Shown here: positions 1 to 12,950 of the stretch, piece after piece | Layout of the letters: every line of letters begins with the position of its first letter | How positions within the stretch are numbered: the stretch's first letter is position 1 | Program-made: the position numbers and the translations under genes | DNA from: Lytechinus pictus | Taxonomy: Eukaryota | NCBI RefSeq assembly: GCF_037042905.1 | Contig: NC_087251.1 | Location: 15,812,001 to 15,876,000 of the forward strand | DNA: 64,000 nucleotides | Reading direction: 5' to 3' | Notes under the pieces: generated by a model | Seen by the model: the letters and a program-made list of their open reading frames with translations, nothing else | Databases searched by the model: none | Told to the model about the DNA's origin: nothing

Positions 1-1822
1 ATCAAAGCCTGAGCGGTGGGAAAAATAATTTCGCGTCCCGGCACAATGCTTTACTTGGCATATGTTCATGAGAAAGACACATCCAAACTCGACAAGCATT
101 TTCTTGCTTTAGAGTGATTCATTCTTTTCCATGGAACTTGCTAGAACAGAAAAAAGTTCACTAGTTGGTTACATCATTTTTTTTTTCATTGCAAATTTCC
201 ATTGCAGTGTACAATCAAGTCTCATTTGACGTGGCAAGTTTGATGTATCTTATTAAGATATCAAGATAATTCGTTCCGGAAGACAATGCCCGATTAATAA
301 GTTTAAACAAACAATATGACAAATACGAGAGATGGCAGATCTTATCTTAGGTTGCAATTTGAGAGTCAGAGGGGTGTATATCGTCATCACGAGACTCTTC
401 CTCCTTGCAGAGGATACGTCCTTTTTACTTCATCGCTCTAACCAAGTTGAACTGAACATCTGCTAAGCGGCAAAAATTTTCGTCAATATGTAAACAAGGA
501 GGTGAGAGTCGACCCCTCCCTGGTGTTTGGGACCCTTGTTTTATGGGTTCATTAAAAGTTGATTGATAGTTTGATGAACCAAGAAAATTGAAATCGTCAA
601 AGTATTATCCAAATACAGATCGTCATCAAATCATGATGGTATAATATGTTAGGAATGGAACAAATAATATCTAAACGTAAACATTTCTAACTAGAAATTT
701 GACTGAACAATCGCTCTATAGAGTAGACGCTAAATCCCATAATTCCTTGCCCTTATGGGTTTGCCAAGAAAAAAAATGCATTTTTAATCCGCAATGACAC
801 CCTTAATTGTGTCACAATTTCTTGATCTTAATCAAATACATGGAAACAGAGAAAGGGTCTTCATGACGCATTGGGTTGCAGACGTTTTAATGTTAGTTGA
901 ATGTGGAGTTGTTTATATATATATATATATAAATTTATATATATATTTATCATTTTAGATTGACAGATTTTCGACACTGTACCAATTACAGTTTCCTTTG
1001 TCGGGTGTAGGTGGGTTTTGAACAATGACAAGCTGGATCAAAGCTATTGCTTTGATACAGTACACGTATGGGAGAAAGTATTCAAATGTGTGAAATTATA
1101 CATGTACAACAGCTTTGGCAACTCTTTTTATTTAAATATTTGATTTAAGCTACGCCTACCATTGTTCTCTTCGTTCATTTCTTTCACACACCCACGCCCC
1201 CACACATATATATATATATTTATATATGAATGTGATTATATAATAATCACAAATAGTTGTTATTTTACCTTTGTCAAAATTATCATCACATGAACTTATG
1301 TTTTCATCACCAACAATCTTATTCACCCGTTTTCATTATTTTTCTTACATTTAAAACATATCTCTGAATATCTACCATCACCGTCTTAACAGTCATGGAG
1401 TATTACTACTATCGTTTTCATTATAAGCATCAGTATTAAAAATCGTAATCTCTTTATTAACACCATTTGATCTTATCCATGTCTCCATATTCTCATGATA
1501 TATTCTGTTTTCTTTTCCTCTTTCTTTGTCTCTTCTCAATCTCATTGAGGCTCCTTCATTATTGTCGCCTTCATTAGTCGCATCACAATCATCGCTTCGC
1601 CACTAATAAAGAACCACTTCACTTGCCAACATACATAATTTTTGTTTATTTATTGAAAGTTTCAGATGCAAATTACAGCTTCAACATTTTTATGTATTTT
1701 GATGTTTTTTTAATAATTTACATCAACCCATTAATATCTTTGACCTCAACTTCGTTCAGGATATACAAACTATGACGCTTCCCGATCAATGATGAGCAAA
1801 TTACGCAATATCTTCCGGTGTC

Positions 1823-1828
1823 TTTATT
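1823..1828 (-). terminator. Candidate polyadenylation signal (AATAAA) of the carboxypeptidase gene
   Basis: tttatt on + strand ~42 nt past the stop codon; a second copy lies at 1645-1650. Confidence 0.5.
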
Positions 1829-1869
1829 CATTGTCGTTTTCAGTTGGTTTTGTTCATTTGCGTTTGTCT

Positions 1870-3727
1870 CTATGCGAACTCGGCGACGAGCTGCTGACAG
1901 AGTGTCTTCATACCAGCGTAGATCTCCTCAGCGGTTGGCTGGATCTGCCTAGCTGGAAGCTGGAATCCGAACGTACCCTCATCACGAAGCTCCACCACGT
2001 AGGTGTACTTCACGCCTAGGGATCCGTAGCCAAAGTCCTCGCTTCCACCCGTTGCGGGGTCTGAGATGTAGATAATGATACGGCTCGCATAAGTTAAACT
2101 AAGTTATGAAGTGAATTTGATAATTGAGATTTTTATTTAGCGATAAGAGAAACGGTCATATTGATGATTTTTTTTTTACCGCTGCTGCATGCTGCTGATT
2201 AATGATGATGATGGTGATGAAGACGATGAGGAGGAGGACGATGATGATGGTGATGATTAGCCATTGTACGTAGATCGTTTATTGGTGGTTGTGATGATGA
2301 TGATGGTGATGATGATGACCTGAAGCCTTATAATTGATATCACAAACATCATCAGCAGCAGCTTCAGCATGGTGTCATCATCATCGTACAGTACTCTCAC
2401 TATTGTCATCATCATCAAGACATCATCAAGTAATCGTCAATTACAAACAAATCCAGTCCAGAATATATTTCATATAGAGCTTCTTCATTCCGGTAACAAA
2501 GTGTTATTGCCATCTCGTCACCATGTTGATGTCGAGAGGGTGGGGATGATGATAATGATGATGATACCGGTGATGAATAAAATGCTGACGAATGTAAATT
2601 CATGCATTTAGATATAATGTAACCAAGTGGCACATGCTATTTTCAAATAATCTATTTATGATTAACTCACACATATCAGGTCCTGATTCTCCAACAAAAT
2701 AATCTTTGCCATGAACTGAGCTAATTGAATTCTCTACTTCGGTGGCGAGTGCTTTCTGAAAATGATATTAATAAAAATCAATTAAAAAAAAAATCAATAT
2801 TCAAAATGGAACCGTGGGATTGATGAGGTAGGTGAACTCTGGGGGGAGGGAACAGGTTAGTAAGTCAAGGGGTCGAGATACTAGTCGAAGGCGCGAATTA
2901 TTTTTCTAAAATGCCATGTCACCTTCTGGGACCAGCGATCTCTAGATCTGCAATGTCTCAATCAAAATGGGCTTTAAGTTGTCATTGTAGTTAAGATGTT
3001 TGTTTACATAATATTTATGAATCCTTCAACTTAGATTTGGTTTTGCCATTTCTGCAGTCTTTCGAAAGAAGAGCTTTGTGAAACATCACTGATGCTAAAG
3101 TCACACAAACGAAACATACTCCAACCTGACTGGTTTCTCATTGGTAACAACGTAAATGCTTTTATCGATCTGGAGTAGGTATCGTGTCGGTGTGCCTGGT
3201 GCTGTACCTGTTCGTCTTTGTCTGGATGAGCGACGTTCCTTCGAGTGTAGCCCCAAGGGTAGAGCCAGTACTGACCGTAGGCATGGAAATCGATGAAGAG
3301 CTTGAGGTTTGAGCCAAAGCTCTGAAGGAAAGCCTTGGAGCCAATGTTTTCGGGTTCACTCAGCGGTTCTGTCCCTTGGAAGTCCTGGGCACACCTCTGT
3401 CTACTAGCACCTTATGCATTTTATATTTTAATTTGATGAAAAAAAAAACCCGGATGAACAGACAGAATGTAGGTTAGGGGGAGTGTGGATGGGCAGAAAG
3501 AGAAAGAGAGAGAGAGAGGGGGGGGGGGGGAGAAAAAAAAAAGAATTATGCATTTAGAGATTTGGGAATATCAGGACATGAAATGTTGAAAACCAGGGTT
3601 TATGTTGGCTTACCAAGTACTATTAATATATTTAATTGATATTAGTTTATATTAATATTTTTCAACAGGAAGTAGTAAATAACATAATAGGATATTGAGA
3701 TACAGAATAGGCAAGAAAGGAAGGGAT

Positions 3728-3760
<33 letters not shown>

Positions 3761-6700
3761 ATGATGTCAAGTTGATAAAAATGATGTACACGACTCACTT
3801 GTATTCTAGTGTTTTATTTTTCAACGACACATACCTCAACAGCTTGATACCGATATATTTTACTCTTTGCCTATGCGATAATTCTGAATAATGATGTCTG
3901 ACTTTTTTTATGGACGAATTCAAATCGGGCTATTTGCGCAACTACAGTTTAATGAAAATCACCTTTTTTCGTTTGATAGATTATACAGAGCAAGAAAGGT
4001 ATCGCTGTAAAGTCATACGAGTACAAGACGTGAAATATACAAGAATTTATATATAAAAAAGACCCATATTCTCTCAAAATCTAGTTACACTGCAAACAAA
4101 GTGGAAAACCAACACTCTAAAACCCTGAAATTGTAATATGATCGACTACAAAAACAAGATATCTATTATTCTTTCTTAAGATTAATTCAGATGTTTCAAC
4201 AATCCTCCTACCTCCCCATTCGAAGTCATAGTTACGATTGAGATCGACTCCAGCGCAGCCTCCTGTGTTAGGGTTGCGATTCTTGCGCCACATACGATCA
4301 TCCTTGTCAACGAAAAAAAATGAATTACTATCATCAATCATATCACAGTCTGTGATGCTTTTATGGAGATATAGAAAACCCTGCAGATATTTGTTGCTGG
4401 ATCTGAGGTGTGCGGAATAAATACTTTCAGAAAAAGCCCTGACACCTATACAGTGCGTCCCACAAAAAACGAAACCGAGATTTAGCGATGATTTATCATA
4501 ACTTAATCATAAATAAAACAGACAAATGACCTATCAATTTAAAGCTTAGAATCTCCTCTTTCATCTGATATTGCTTAGATTATTCCTCATTCACGCATGA
4601 GTGAGCAAAAACAATTTGAAGAAAGGATACCAAAAAATCATTTGGCGGGGGGTATCTGAATTTCAAAAAGAAAATCACACGCCTAAAAAGTTCAATATCT
4701 GCTCTTTTATTTGATACCTTAATCACAAAAAATGGTCCAGAAGTAAAAAAGTTATGTTCCCTCGAAACAATGCTTGTATTTCCATAATTTCATTAAATAA
4801 ACGTGTTTTCACCGGTTTCCCACAGAAGCTATCGCACGGTTAACAAAAGACTTTATGCATGGCTGATCGTCAACAAAACGGAGTGTCGAGTGAGTTTGAA
4901 CGCAAGCATGTAAAACCTCTTCATTTTATGAAATTATTGAAATTCAAGCCTTATTTCAAATAACCAGAACTTTGTTATTTCTTGACCATTTTCTGTAATT
5001 GAGGTATCAAATTAAAGAGCAGATATTGAACTTTTTGAAAATGTGGCTTTCGTCTTGAAACCCAGATACAGCCCGCCAAATGACTTTTTGGTATCCCCTC
5101 TTCAAATTGTTTTTGCTCACTCATGCGTGAATGAAATATAATCTAAGTAATCGCAGATGAAAGAGGATATTCTAAGCTTTACAATGGTAGGTCATTTGTC
5201 TATTGTATTTGTGATTAAGGTATAATAAATCATCGATAAATCTCGGTTTCGTTTTTTGTGGGACGCACTGTATATAGCCCTGACACTATATTGCTACAGA
5301 ATCGTGCGTACAAGATTTATGAAAAAAAGGGAATAAACATAGGCTTGCCAATCTATCTATTTTCAACATATATTTTTTTCAAGAATAAAAATTTGAAATA
5401 AACTTGCAATGAAAGATTTCGACTGCAACTCAAACTAAAACTACACTGCCACATGTGCTGTGTGCGTGTGAATGTGTGTAGTTTGTGTGTACCATGCGAC
5501 GCGCATCAATCTTATTGTACACTGATATTATAAATATCATCTTATTTTATTTCATTTCCAGGAGTACACAGATATAACAATGGTCAATTCAATCACAATA
5601 TGCAATAACAATAATTAATAACAATGAATGAAAAGTACACTTAATAAACAAAAGAGATATCATTCATCTCACTTTTTCGATACCTTTTGCGAACTATGTC
5701 AATCCCTCGCCTGCGCAGAGCAACATTTTCCCTCCTGTGTACGCAGTTTATTTTGGCGTACTCGGTAATCAACTTTACGCAACTCTACGCAGGCCCAGAA
5801 CGACAGCATATATGGCTGCGGATTGCAAAAAAAGAATATTTATGTGACAGACTCTTCAAAAGAAAGTCAAACTATACAGTCCAAGAAAATGAAAGAGTAA
5901 AACATAAAAAATAGCGAATGTTACATTCATCACTCTTTTGTAGTAGAGAGTATTAATCAATGACATTTGAAAGGCTTGCTGAGAAAGTTGGGTTTTTTCT
6001 ATAATAATGTAAATACCTTTCTTGATTGCACCCATTTTCCAAGATTTTTATTGACTTATTTTTCATATCAAATATGCGATCTAATTTTATTAAATGTAAG
6101 CCAAAAATGTTATCATTATGATGAATTTAGCTGTGACGCACCCGTAAGCGATGATTTGCATTATTAATGTTTATTGAAAAAGGTGCGTGAGGGTGAACAC
6201 GAGTGTGTGTGTTAGGAAATGTGGGGGTAAAGTGCATCCCACTCATTTCCGAGTGCCTTAAACATTGGTCTCTAAATGCTGCAATCTATTAACCGTTAAA
6301 TGACATGAAAACAAGGGAGATGGTACTTCGTTCGTCCGTTAATTATTTCCCATGTAAGCATAATCCGATAATTTGTAATAAACAAGTGGAGCGCCTCTGA
6401 GTCTCACCTGCATTACGCGATTCAATATAGCAGCAGTGCTGACTTTGAAAACTACTATAAAATAATTATTCACAAAAAGCACCATTCATACAATACTACG
6501 TTCATTGACCCTAAATGACATTTGACCTTGGTCATGTGACCTAAGACTTGTCAGTGATACTTGATTACCCATATGTCTACAATTCATAAACCATATCCAT
6601 AAACTTTGAAAGTTGTGACAGTAGTTTAATAATTACCTCCAACATGGCCAAAGTTCATTTGTTTAGTAATACTTGATCAACCTTATGTCTAAGTTTCATG

Positions 6701-9700
6701 AACTAGGTCCATAAAGTTATGCTGTCATTTCAAAAACGTAACCTTCGGTTAAGATTTGATGTTGACGCCGCCGCCGCCGTCGGAAGATCGGCGCCTATAG
6801 TCTCAATCTACAATGCAGGTGACAGAAAAAGCAGTTTGAATGATTCTGCTCATACTTACAGTGTGGCTGAATTTATATCCATCGATGTTATATACTGGAA
6901 CGATGATCCAAACAAAGTTATCTAACATGCTGGTAACAGTATCATCACTGCCGTAGTTTGATACGAACTGACACAGGAAAGGGGTATAAGGGGTGGGGTG
7001 GAAGGAAGTGAGAAATAAAGCAATAAAGTAGGCTTAGATGTTAAAAAAGTAATGGTGTGGAGTTATGCAAGCATGTACTTCCCCTAAATCATTACGTTTA
7101 TCGGTTTATTTGAATACTATTTGATATACTATCCGATTTCGTGTCCAAACTATATAACTTGTCGAACGAAGAGAAAATCAAGAGAATTGTTGTAGAGAAT
7201 CTGCTCTTAGATCAGCCATTATTTATGAAAAAATATAGAAATGGAGAAGGTACCCATCGAAAGGGAATTAATGACATATCAATGCGAATGGCATTTCCAT
7301 TTATGTGTCACCTTTGATAAGAAAAAACTGGGTTTTACGACCCAAGAATAAAGTATCACAATTTGCATGATAATGATTTTATCTTTGAAGGGGGGGGGGG
7401 GGTGCTCCTCACGTTCTTACTCATTGGGGTATTTTTAATATGGGTTGGGGCAAATTTATACTTCTTCACATTAATGATCAAAACTTTTGGCATCCCACAT
7501 TTTAACAGGAGAAACCGAGAAAGTTAGAGGCGCAGAAACGGACAGAGGAATGAACTTGATGGGTTCGAATCCCCCACCGAGTTAAGGAACCTTCCATCTT
7601 TTCGCAAAGAACTTGGTTATCATAGATAGGAGGATATAGACCTACTTGAAGACAAAGTGACGATTTTAACTCAATGGCAATTCATCGTCATCATCATCAT
7701 CGTCATCATCATCGTCGTTATCATCATCATCATCATCATCATCGGCATCATCATTATCATCATCATCACTACCATAATTTGTGTGGGTGTGTGTGTGTGT
7801 GGGGGTAAGATCTACAGAAAGTACATACCATATTGATGAGATTAATGACTGTAGCTGGGCTAACCCATTCTCGGGCATGGATACCTCCCTGGATGTAGGC
7901 GACGTTCTTGGCGAATGGTGACTTGGCGATCTGTTCGATATTATAAATTGCAAGCAGTAATAACCTATAATGTACACATTTTTGTAAATGGATAAACTTG
8001 TAGGGATGCTATGATCGGAAACATCAAAATTATTGGTATGCTAATCAATTGTTCTTTCAATATGGGGATCAGTTGGGAGGGCGATTATGACTCTGAATTA
8101 TTTTTTTCATAATGATAATAATAATATTATGAGGCGCCTATTATCAAGTGCTTATTCAATGGCGCACTACATACCCGGCTGTAGCTTCAGCTGCTAAAGG
8201 CGCTTGGTGTATTCAAGGAATTAATCCTGCCGGGTACCCATTCACCTCACCTTGGTTGAGTGTAGCACAATGTGGGTAAATTTCTTGCGGAAGGAAAACA
8301 CGCCATGGCTGGGATTCGAACCCACGTCCCTCAGATTGAAAGAAGGTATTCGTAACCACTAGACCACGACGCCCCTACCTAACTATATTGCAAACTGCAC
8401 TAAATGATTTTGTTTAGTTTAATGTAAAATATTTACAAGTTTCTAAAGCCGCTGTTTGAAGATGGCCTGATGTTTCACCATGTTCAACTTCTTCTGTTTC
8501 TCTTGTTCTTCTTCCCTTTCTCCTCTTTCTTCCTTTCCTCTTCAACTTTCTCCTTCTTCTTCCCCCCCTCCTTCTTGTTCTATTTTATTTCCCTTGCTTA
8601 CTCTTTTCATAAGTAGTATCATAGCGTTATCATTACCATTCTAATTAATCATAGTTGTCATAAACGATCAGATTTATCAGGTATTGCACCAGACCCAGCC
8701 CAACAACACCCCATCAAATGCAAAACACACCCTGAGTCCGTAGACTGCTTCCCCCTCGTACGTGGTTGTGACCTGAACCATATTAACATCAGGGTGAGAG
8801 GAAGAGAAGTCATTCATCCAGGCAAAGATCTAAAGAAAAGGAATAGATGATAACGTATATAATATTATGCAGAATATGATAAAAGTAGTTCCTTGAGTGT
8901 AAGATGGGATCTGCTCTTTGGCGCTTACCACGATACGTGTATTATATGAATATGCTGAAAAGGTGAAAGAAAATAATCAAACCTGAAAGAATATAGCAAG
9001 ACAATAAACATAGAGATAGATCTGTTTCAGTGCAAACAAATTCTAAAATGTAAAATGTATGATCACATAGTCTCAACTCCTGTTAACACAATATTCCGTA
9101 GAATTTATAAAGATTAGTTGACTAATAAGCCTACAGAAATATATTGACTCGTTAGCACTATACCTATTTAAAATTGGATCCTAAATTATGTAAGGCTATC
9201 AATTATTCCAAGGTACATCAGAAAACACAATTAAACAAAATAAGCGCATTTCACGAATCACGATGATGATACCGACTTAAAATAATTTTCACAACAATCC
9301 TTCCAGGACCCCGTTTCATAAAGATTTAATGCAATAACAAATTCACAATTTCTAGAGCAAATTTACCACACAAGGATTTCAGTATATAGCTTTTGAATGT
9401 TATTGGAATTTGCTTTTTATATAACACGTTTTATGAAACGGGCCCCAGATCTCTTATTATACGGAAGGCAACATGAGTAGCTGATCCAGGATTTCTATTA
9501 ATGCATGGGCCCGTTAGAGTCAGGGTCCAGAAAAAAACCCTCGGTCGACTAAGAAGGTGGAATGGGTCGAAATTTTCTTGCCAACAGCATGGACACTCGA
9601 ACAATTAGCCCCCCCCCCCCTCCGGCCTACAAGAAGATATCAGCTAAGTTACTGGGGTGATGCCCATGCTTTTCCGTTAATAGTAAACAAATTGTATGGT

Positions 9701-12172
9701 CCATCCAGGCGGCGCCTCATGCCCCACTTTCGGGCCCACCACTATATAGGAAAAAAATACGACATCGATCAATATCTCCCTCCCATTCGTAAAGGGTTCG
9801 GTGTAGGGTTGAGTATTATTACCTCTTCATAAGTGTGGTATTGGTTGTAATCGAAGTTGGCATTATTAACGTTGTTCTTAGAATTGATCATCTCAGCGGC
9901 CTCTCGGTCAATCATATCTTGGACATTAGAGATCTAGAGGAAAGTTTAAATGATATAGATACATATAGGAAATCTATTAAAAGTGGATAGAATATTATTG
10001 AAAATTATCGAAATGTTTTCGAAACTTTTGGAAGGCTACTTCCAAGTTCTCGACATTCATGCACAGATGCCATAAATGGATTGGGTTTATCTTCTTTAAA
10101 CAAAAGAGCGAGTTTTTTTTAAATCTATCCCGTGATTTCTTTTCCTCCAAGTAATGGTAAATGTGTTACCCATGTTGTGATCTCCAGTCCAGGACGGCTG
10201 GCTGAGCTGACGAAGTTCAGTTGATGGGCAGGGGAAACCATGACATCGACAGGTCGTCCAACTTTCGTTGGGCGCTTCCAGAAATCAAGCTAGGAATAAG
10301 AAAGGATAAGATAAGAATTAAGATGAGAGGTGGGGAAGAGTGAAAAGAATACAATGTAGAAAAAGTAAAGAAAAATATCAGCAAGGAAGCGGAATAAAAT
10401 CATTAGAATGATAATAGAAACATCGACACATGTTAAAATAGATTCGATTCATCCTTACCGTTTCCCATCTGTCGGCCACACCTTGCATCCATTTTAATTC
10501 ATCTTGGGTCCGAGGAGTAATGCGAAATACCTTGTAGCTGGAAAGACACAGTAGAAGACATTTAAATAGAGTATATAGTTTTATATTTCACTTAATTCGG
10601 TCATCATCCTCGAATTGGGAAATCGTCTAATGAACGACACTCGTTAAAGGCGATGTAGATGATGATGTCCAGACGATCATCGTTGGACAGGAGAGAGATG
10701 ATGATTGCGGTACTGATGGTTGACACTGATTGTGATACTGATGATAGCGACAGGTGTATTGGTGATATTGGTGGTCATAGTAACGATAATAATCGTGAAT
10801 GCTGGAATTGTTAGTAAAATGAGGATGTCGGTGATGATGGCATTGGTGGAGATGATGATAGTGGTGATAATGGTGGTGATGATGGTGCAAATGGCGTTGT
10901 TGATGATGGCTACGGTGTGAATAGAGTTGACGATAGCGCCAATATTGGAAACGGCATGGTGGCGGTAGCTGTGTTTTAGAAATGATTACGATGATTTAAG
11001 GAGGAGCAAAATTACAGTTTAGAAAGCAGTTATTGACAAACGGATTTAGAAACTAAATAGTTGATTATCACCTGGAAACGGCTGAAAAAATGGCATCCAA
11101 GTGGTAACTGACATTGAAACCTTGATTTTGATTGGCTGTTGAACATCGATACCATGGTAAAAGTTTCAGAACTTATATGCAATTGGTCAATATTGACACC
11201 TGTTGTACTAGCGTTCCCCCATGCAGATAACGGGTATTTGGGTTCGCTACTTTCTTCCAACGACAGGAAGGACAAATCTCTGATTAAGTTTCTAAAAGTT
11301 CCGTATAGGTCAAGTTCTATCCATGAGGTGGATAATTTCAATAACTTGAGAATATAAAAACAAGTTGAATCTTCAAAATGTCAGATATGAGATATTAGAT
11401 GTAAACCAAGTCATTTTCGGTGTTGCTTTATTGCCAAAACCAGTGATAAAACAAAGGCGGTAGTACCGTACATGTTACATACTCAGTATTTCTCTTTGCA
11501 TTTTATATTATGAAATATTTAAATCTAATTATGTGAAGGCTGGTTTGATTCCTCATGGAAAATATCAAATTATTCTCATTTTAATTCTTACATCACTACA
11601 TCTATATAAAGAAGAGGCAGTTCTGTGGAAGAAAATAAAAAAAGAAATATCGAATGTGAGTGGCATCATCTAGTCTCTCATTTACATACTGGCCAAGACG
11701 TGCACATGTAAAACTGTGTTATGAAAATTAAAAATCAAACATGCAAAAACTCTTCTTTATCTTATCTGTTATCCGATTTCAAAGAAAATTTCGGTTTTAT
11801 ACTTATCAGATATTCTCTACTTGTTCAAACCAAATTCTGATTGGGATAGAGTTCGTATTTAATAATGGCGATGGTGGCAACAAATAAGAGCAGTGCTAAT
11901 GGCAGTGATGGTGATGATGATGATCATGATGGTGATCATGATCATGATGGGTAGTGATGTTGATGACGATTTATGATGTTGGTAGTGATGATGATGATGA
12001 TAACGATTATAAAGGTGGTAGTGATGATGATGACGATAGATGTTACTGCTGTAATGGCGGCCATGATGGGCATCTCACACGAGCCTTACTTGTCATAGCG
12101 AACTTTACGGCTGACCGGTAGAGCTGAGCAAACGGTCAAGATGACCACTAACAGAACAAAACTGACCTTCAT
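1870..12172 (-). CDS. Secreted zinc metallocarboxypeptidase A/B-type (peptidase M14A) pre-pro-enzyme, 11 exons, 423 aa, complete
   Basis: Exons in transcript order: 12172-12090, 10537-10459, 10289-10170, 9933-9823, 8829-8731, 7930-7829, 6967-6860, 4302-4212, 3410-3208, 2755-2671, 2060-1870. Total 1272 nt, all GT-AG, phases consistent, no internal stop. Signal peptide MKVSFVLLVVILTVCSA; pro-domain (YDNYKVFRITP, LDFWK, PVDVMV); mature start near FDYNQYHTYEEI. Zn ligands in GIHAREW and DFHAYGQ; RMWRKNR, GVDLNRNY, YPATGGSED; catalytic Glu in VELRD; GFQLPARQIQPTAEE; TAG at 1872-1870. Confidence 0.96.
2199..2580. repeat. Degenerate (GAT)n/(CAT)n microsatellite region in carboxypeptidase intron 10
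   Basis: Runs of gatgatgatggtgat and catcatc. Confidence 0.8.
4451..5270. mobile_element. Tc1/mariner-type MITE, 820 bp, long terminal inverted repeats, TA target duplication
   Basis: TA|CAGTGCGTCCCACAAAAAACGAAACCGAGATTTA ... TAAATCTCGGTTTCGTTTTTTGTGGGACGCACTG|TA; arms of roughly 300 bp remain complementary; no ORF. Confidence 0.9.
6381..6830 (+). mobile_element. Helentron/HINE (DINE-1-like) non-autonomous element, short copy
   Basis: Starts aacaagtggagcgcctctg..gtctcacctgca and ends gcgcctatagtctc..tgcaggtgacagaaaaa; same ends and core unit as 24631-25976. Confidence 0.7.
7681..7800. repeat. (CAT)n then (GT)n microsatellite
   Basis: Seen directly; explains the poly-Asp ORF 7666-7977. Confidence 0.9.
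8111..8375 (-). mobile_element. tRNA-derived SINE (SURF1/SINE2-like)
   Basis: Minus strand: A box TGGTCTAGTGG, B box GGTTCGAATCCC, core ggtgaggtgaatgggtacccggcagg, (ATT)n tail; homologous to 48320-48598. Confidence 0.88.
9306..9446. mobile_element. Short MITE, PIF/Harbinger-like
   Basis: TIR ggaccccgtttcataaa ... tttatgaaacgggcccc in a CWG context; a related element lies at 22526-22707. Confidence 0.65.
10630..10920. repeat. Degenerate (GAT/GGT)n low-complexity tract in carboxypeptidase intron 1
   Basis: Seen directly; explains the poly-His ORF. A similar tract lies at 11870-12070. Confidence 0.8.
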
Positions 12173-12225
12173 TCTGGATATGTGATGTGCCGAGAAATAA
12201 AAAGCATCAAACATTGCTATGGTCA

Positions 12226-12346
12226 TTTATAATACATACAGCAAAATGGTATGACGTCAGCTTCTAAGCATATAGACTAAGTGGCTTGACCAATATCACA
12301 GACCTATATTGCAGACCAACATGAACATGACCAGCTTGGTGATAAG
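12226..12346 (-). promoter_or_regulatory. Proximal promoter of the carboxypeptidase gene
   Basis: TATAAA (minus, 12231-12226) 54 nt upstream of the ATG; perfect CRE TGACGTCA 12252-12259; CCAAT 12290-12294; TGATAAG 12340-12346. Confidence 0.65.
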
Positions 12347-12472
12347 CAATAATCACCTTAAAACTTATGTCAACACTACAGCTAATTCAAAATAACTCAA
12401 TGTTTTTTTTTGCAATTAACCTTGATATTAATTGCAAGATTTTATGTCTAAAACCAATCATAAATATTTGCA

Positions 12473-12950
12473 AGACTATAGGCGCCGCTTTTCCGACGGC
12501 GGCGGCGTCGTCAACATTGAAATCTTAACCAAGTTTAAGTTTTTGAAATGTCATCATAACTTAGAAAGTATATGGACCTAGTTCATGAAACTTAAATATG
12601 AGGGTAATCAAGTATTACTTAACATCCTGCTTGAGTTTCAGGTCACATGACCAATGTCAAAAGGTCATTTAGGGTAAACAGAAACTTTGACCATGTTGGG
12701 GAATCAATATCGAAATCTTAACCAAGGCTAAGTTTTTAAAATGTCCTATTTTCGAAAGTATATGGGCCAAGTTCATGAAACTTAAAATTTTATACATCTA
12801 GTTCGTGAAACTTAGACATAAGAGCAATTTAGTATCCTCGAACATCCTGTGCGAGTTTTAGGTAACATGACAAAGGTCATTTAGGGTCAACGAACTTTGA
12901 TAATGTTGGGGGTATTTGTGGAATTGTCATCATAACTTTAGAAGTTTATT
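12473..12950 (-). mobile_element. Helentron/HINE-like element, inverted copy just upstream of the carboxypeptidase promoter
   Basis: agactataggcgccgcttttccgacggcggcggcgtc closely matches the reverse complement of the end at ~25914-25950; core units contain caggtcacatgacc and aaggtcatttagggtcaa. Confidence 0.7.

Noticed and set aside
10627..10920. Poly-His and Val/Met-rich ORFs
   Set aside because: Translations of a (CAT/GAT)n microsatellite in an intron.
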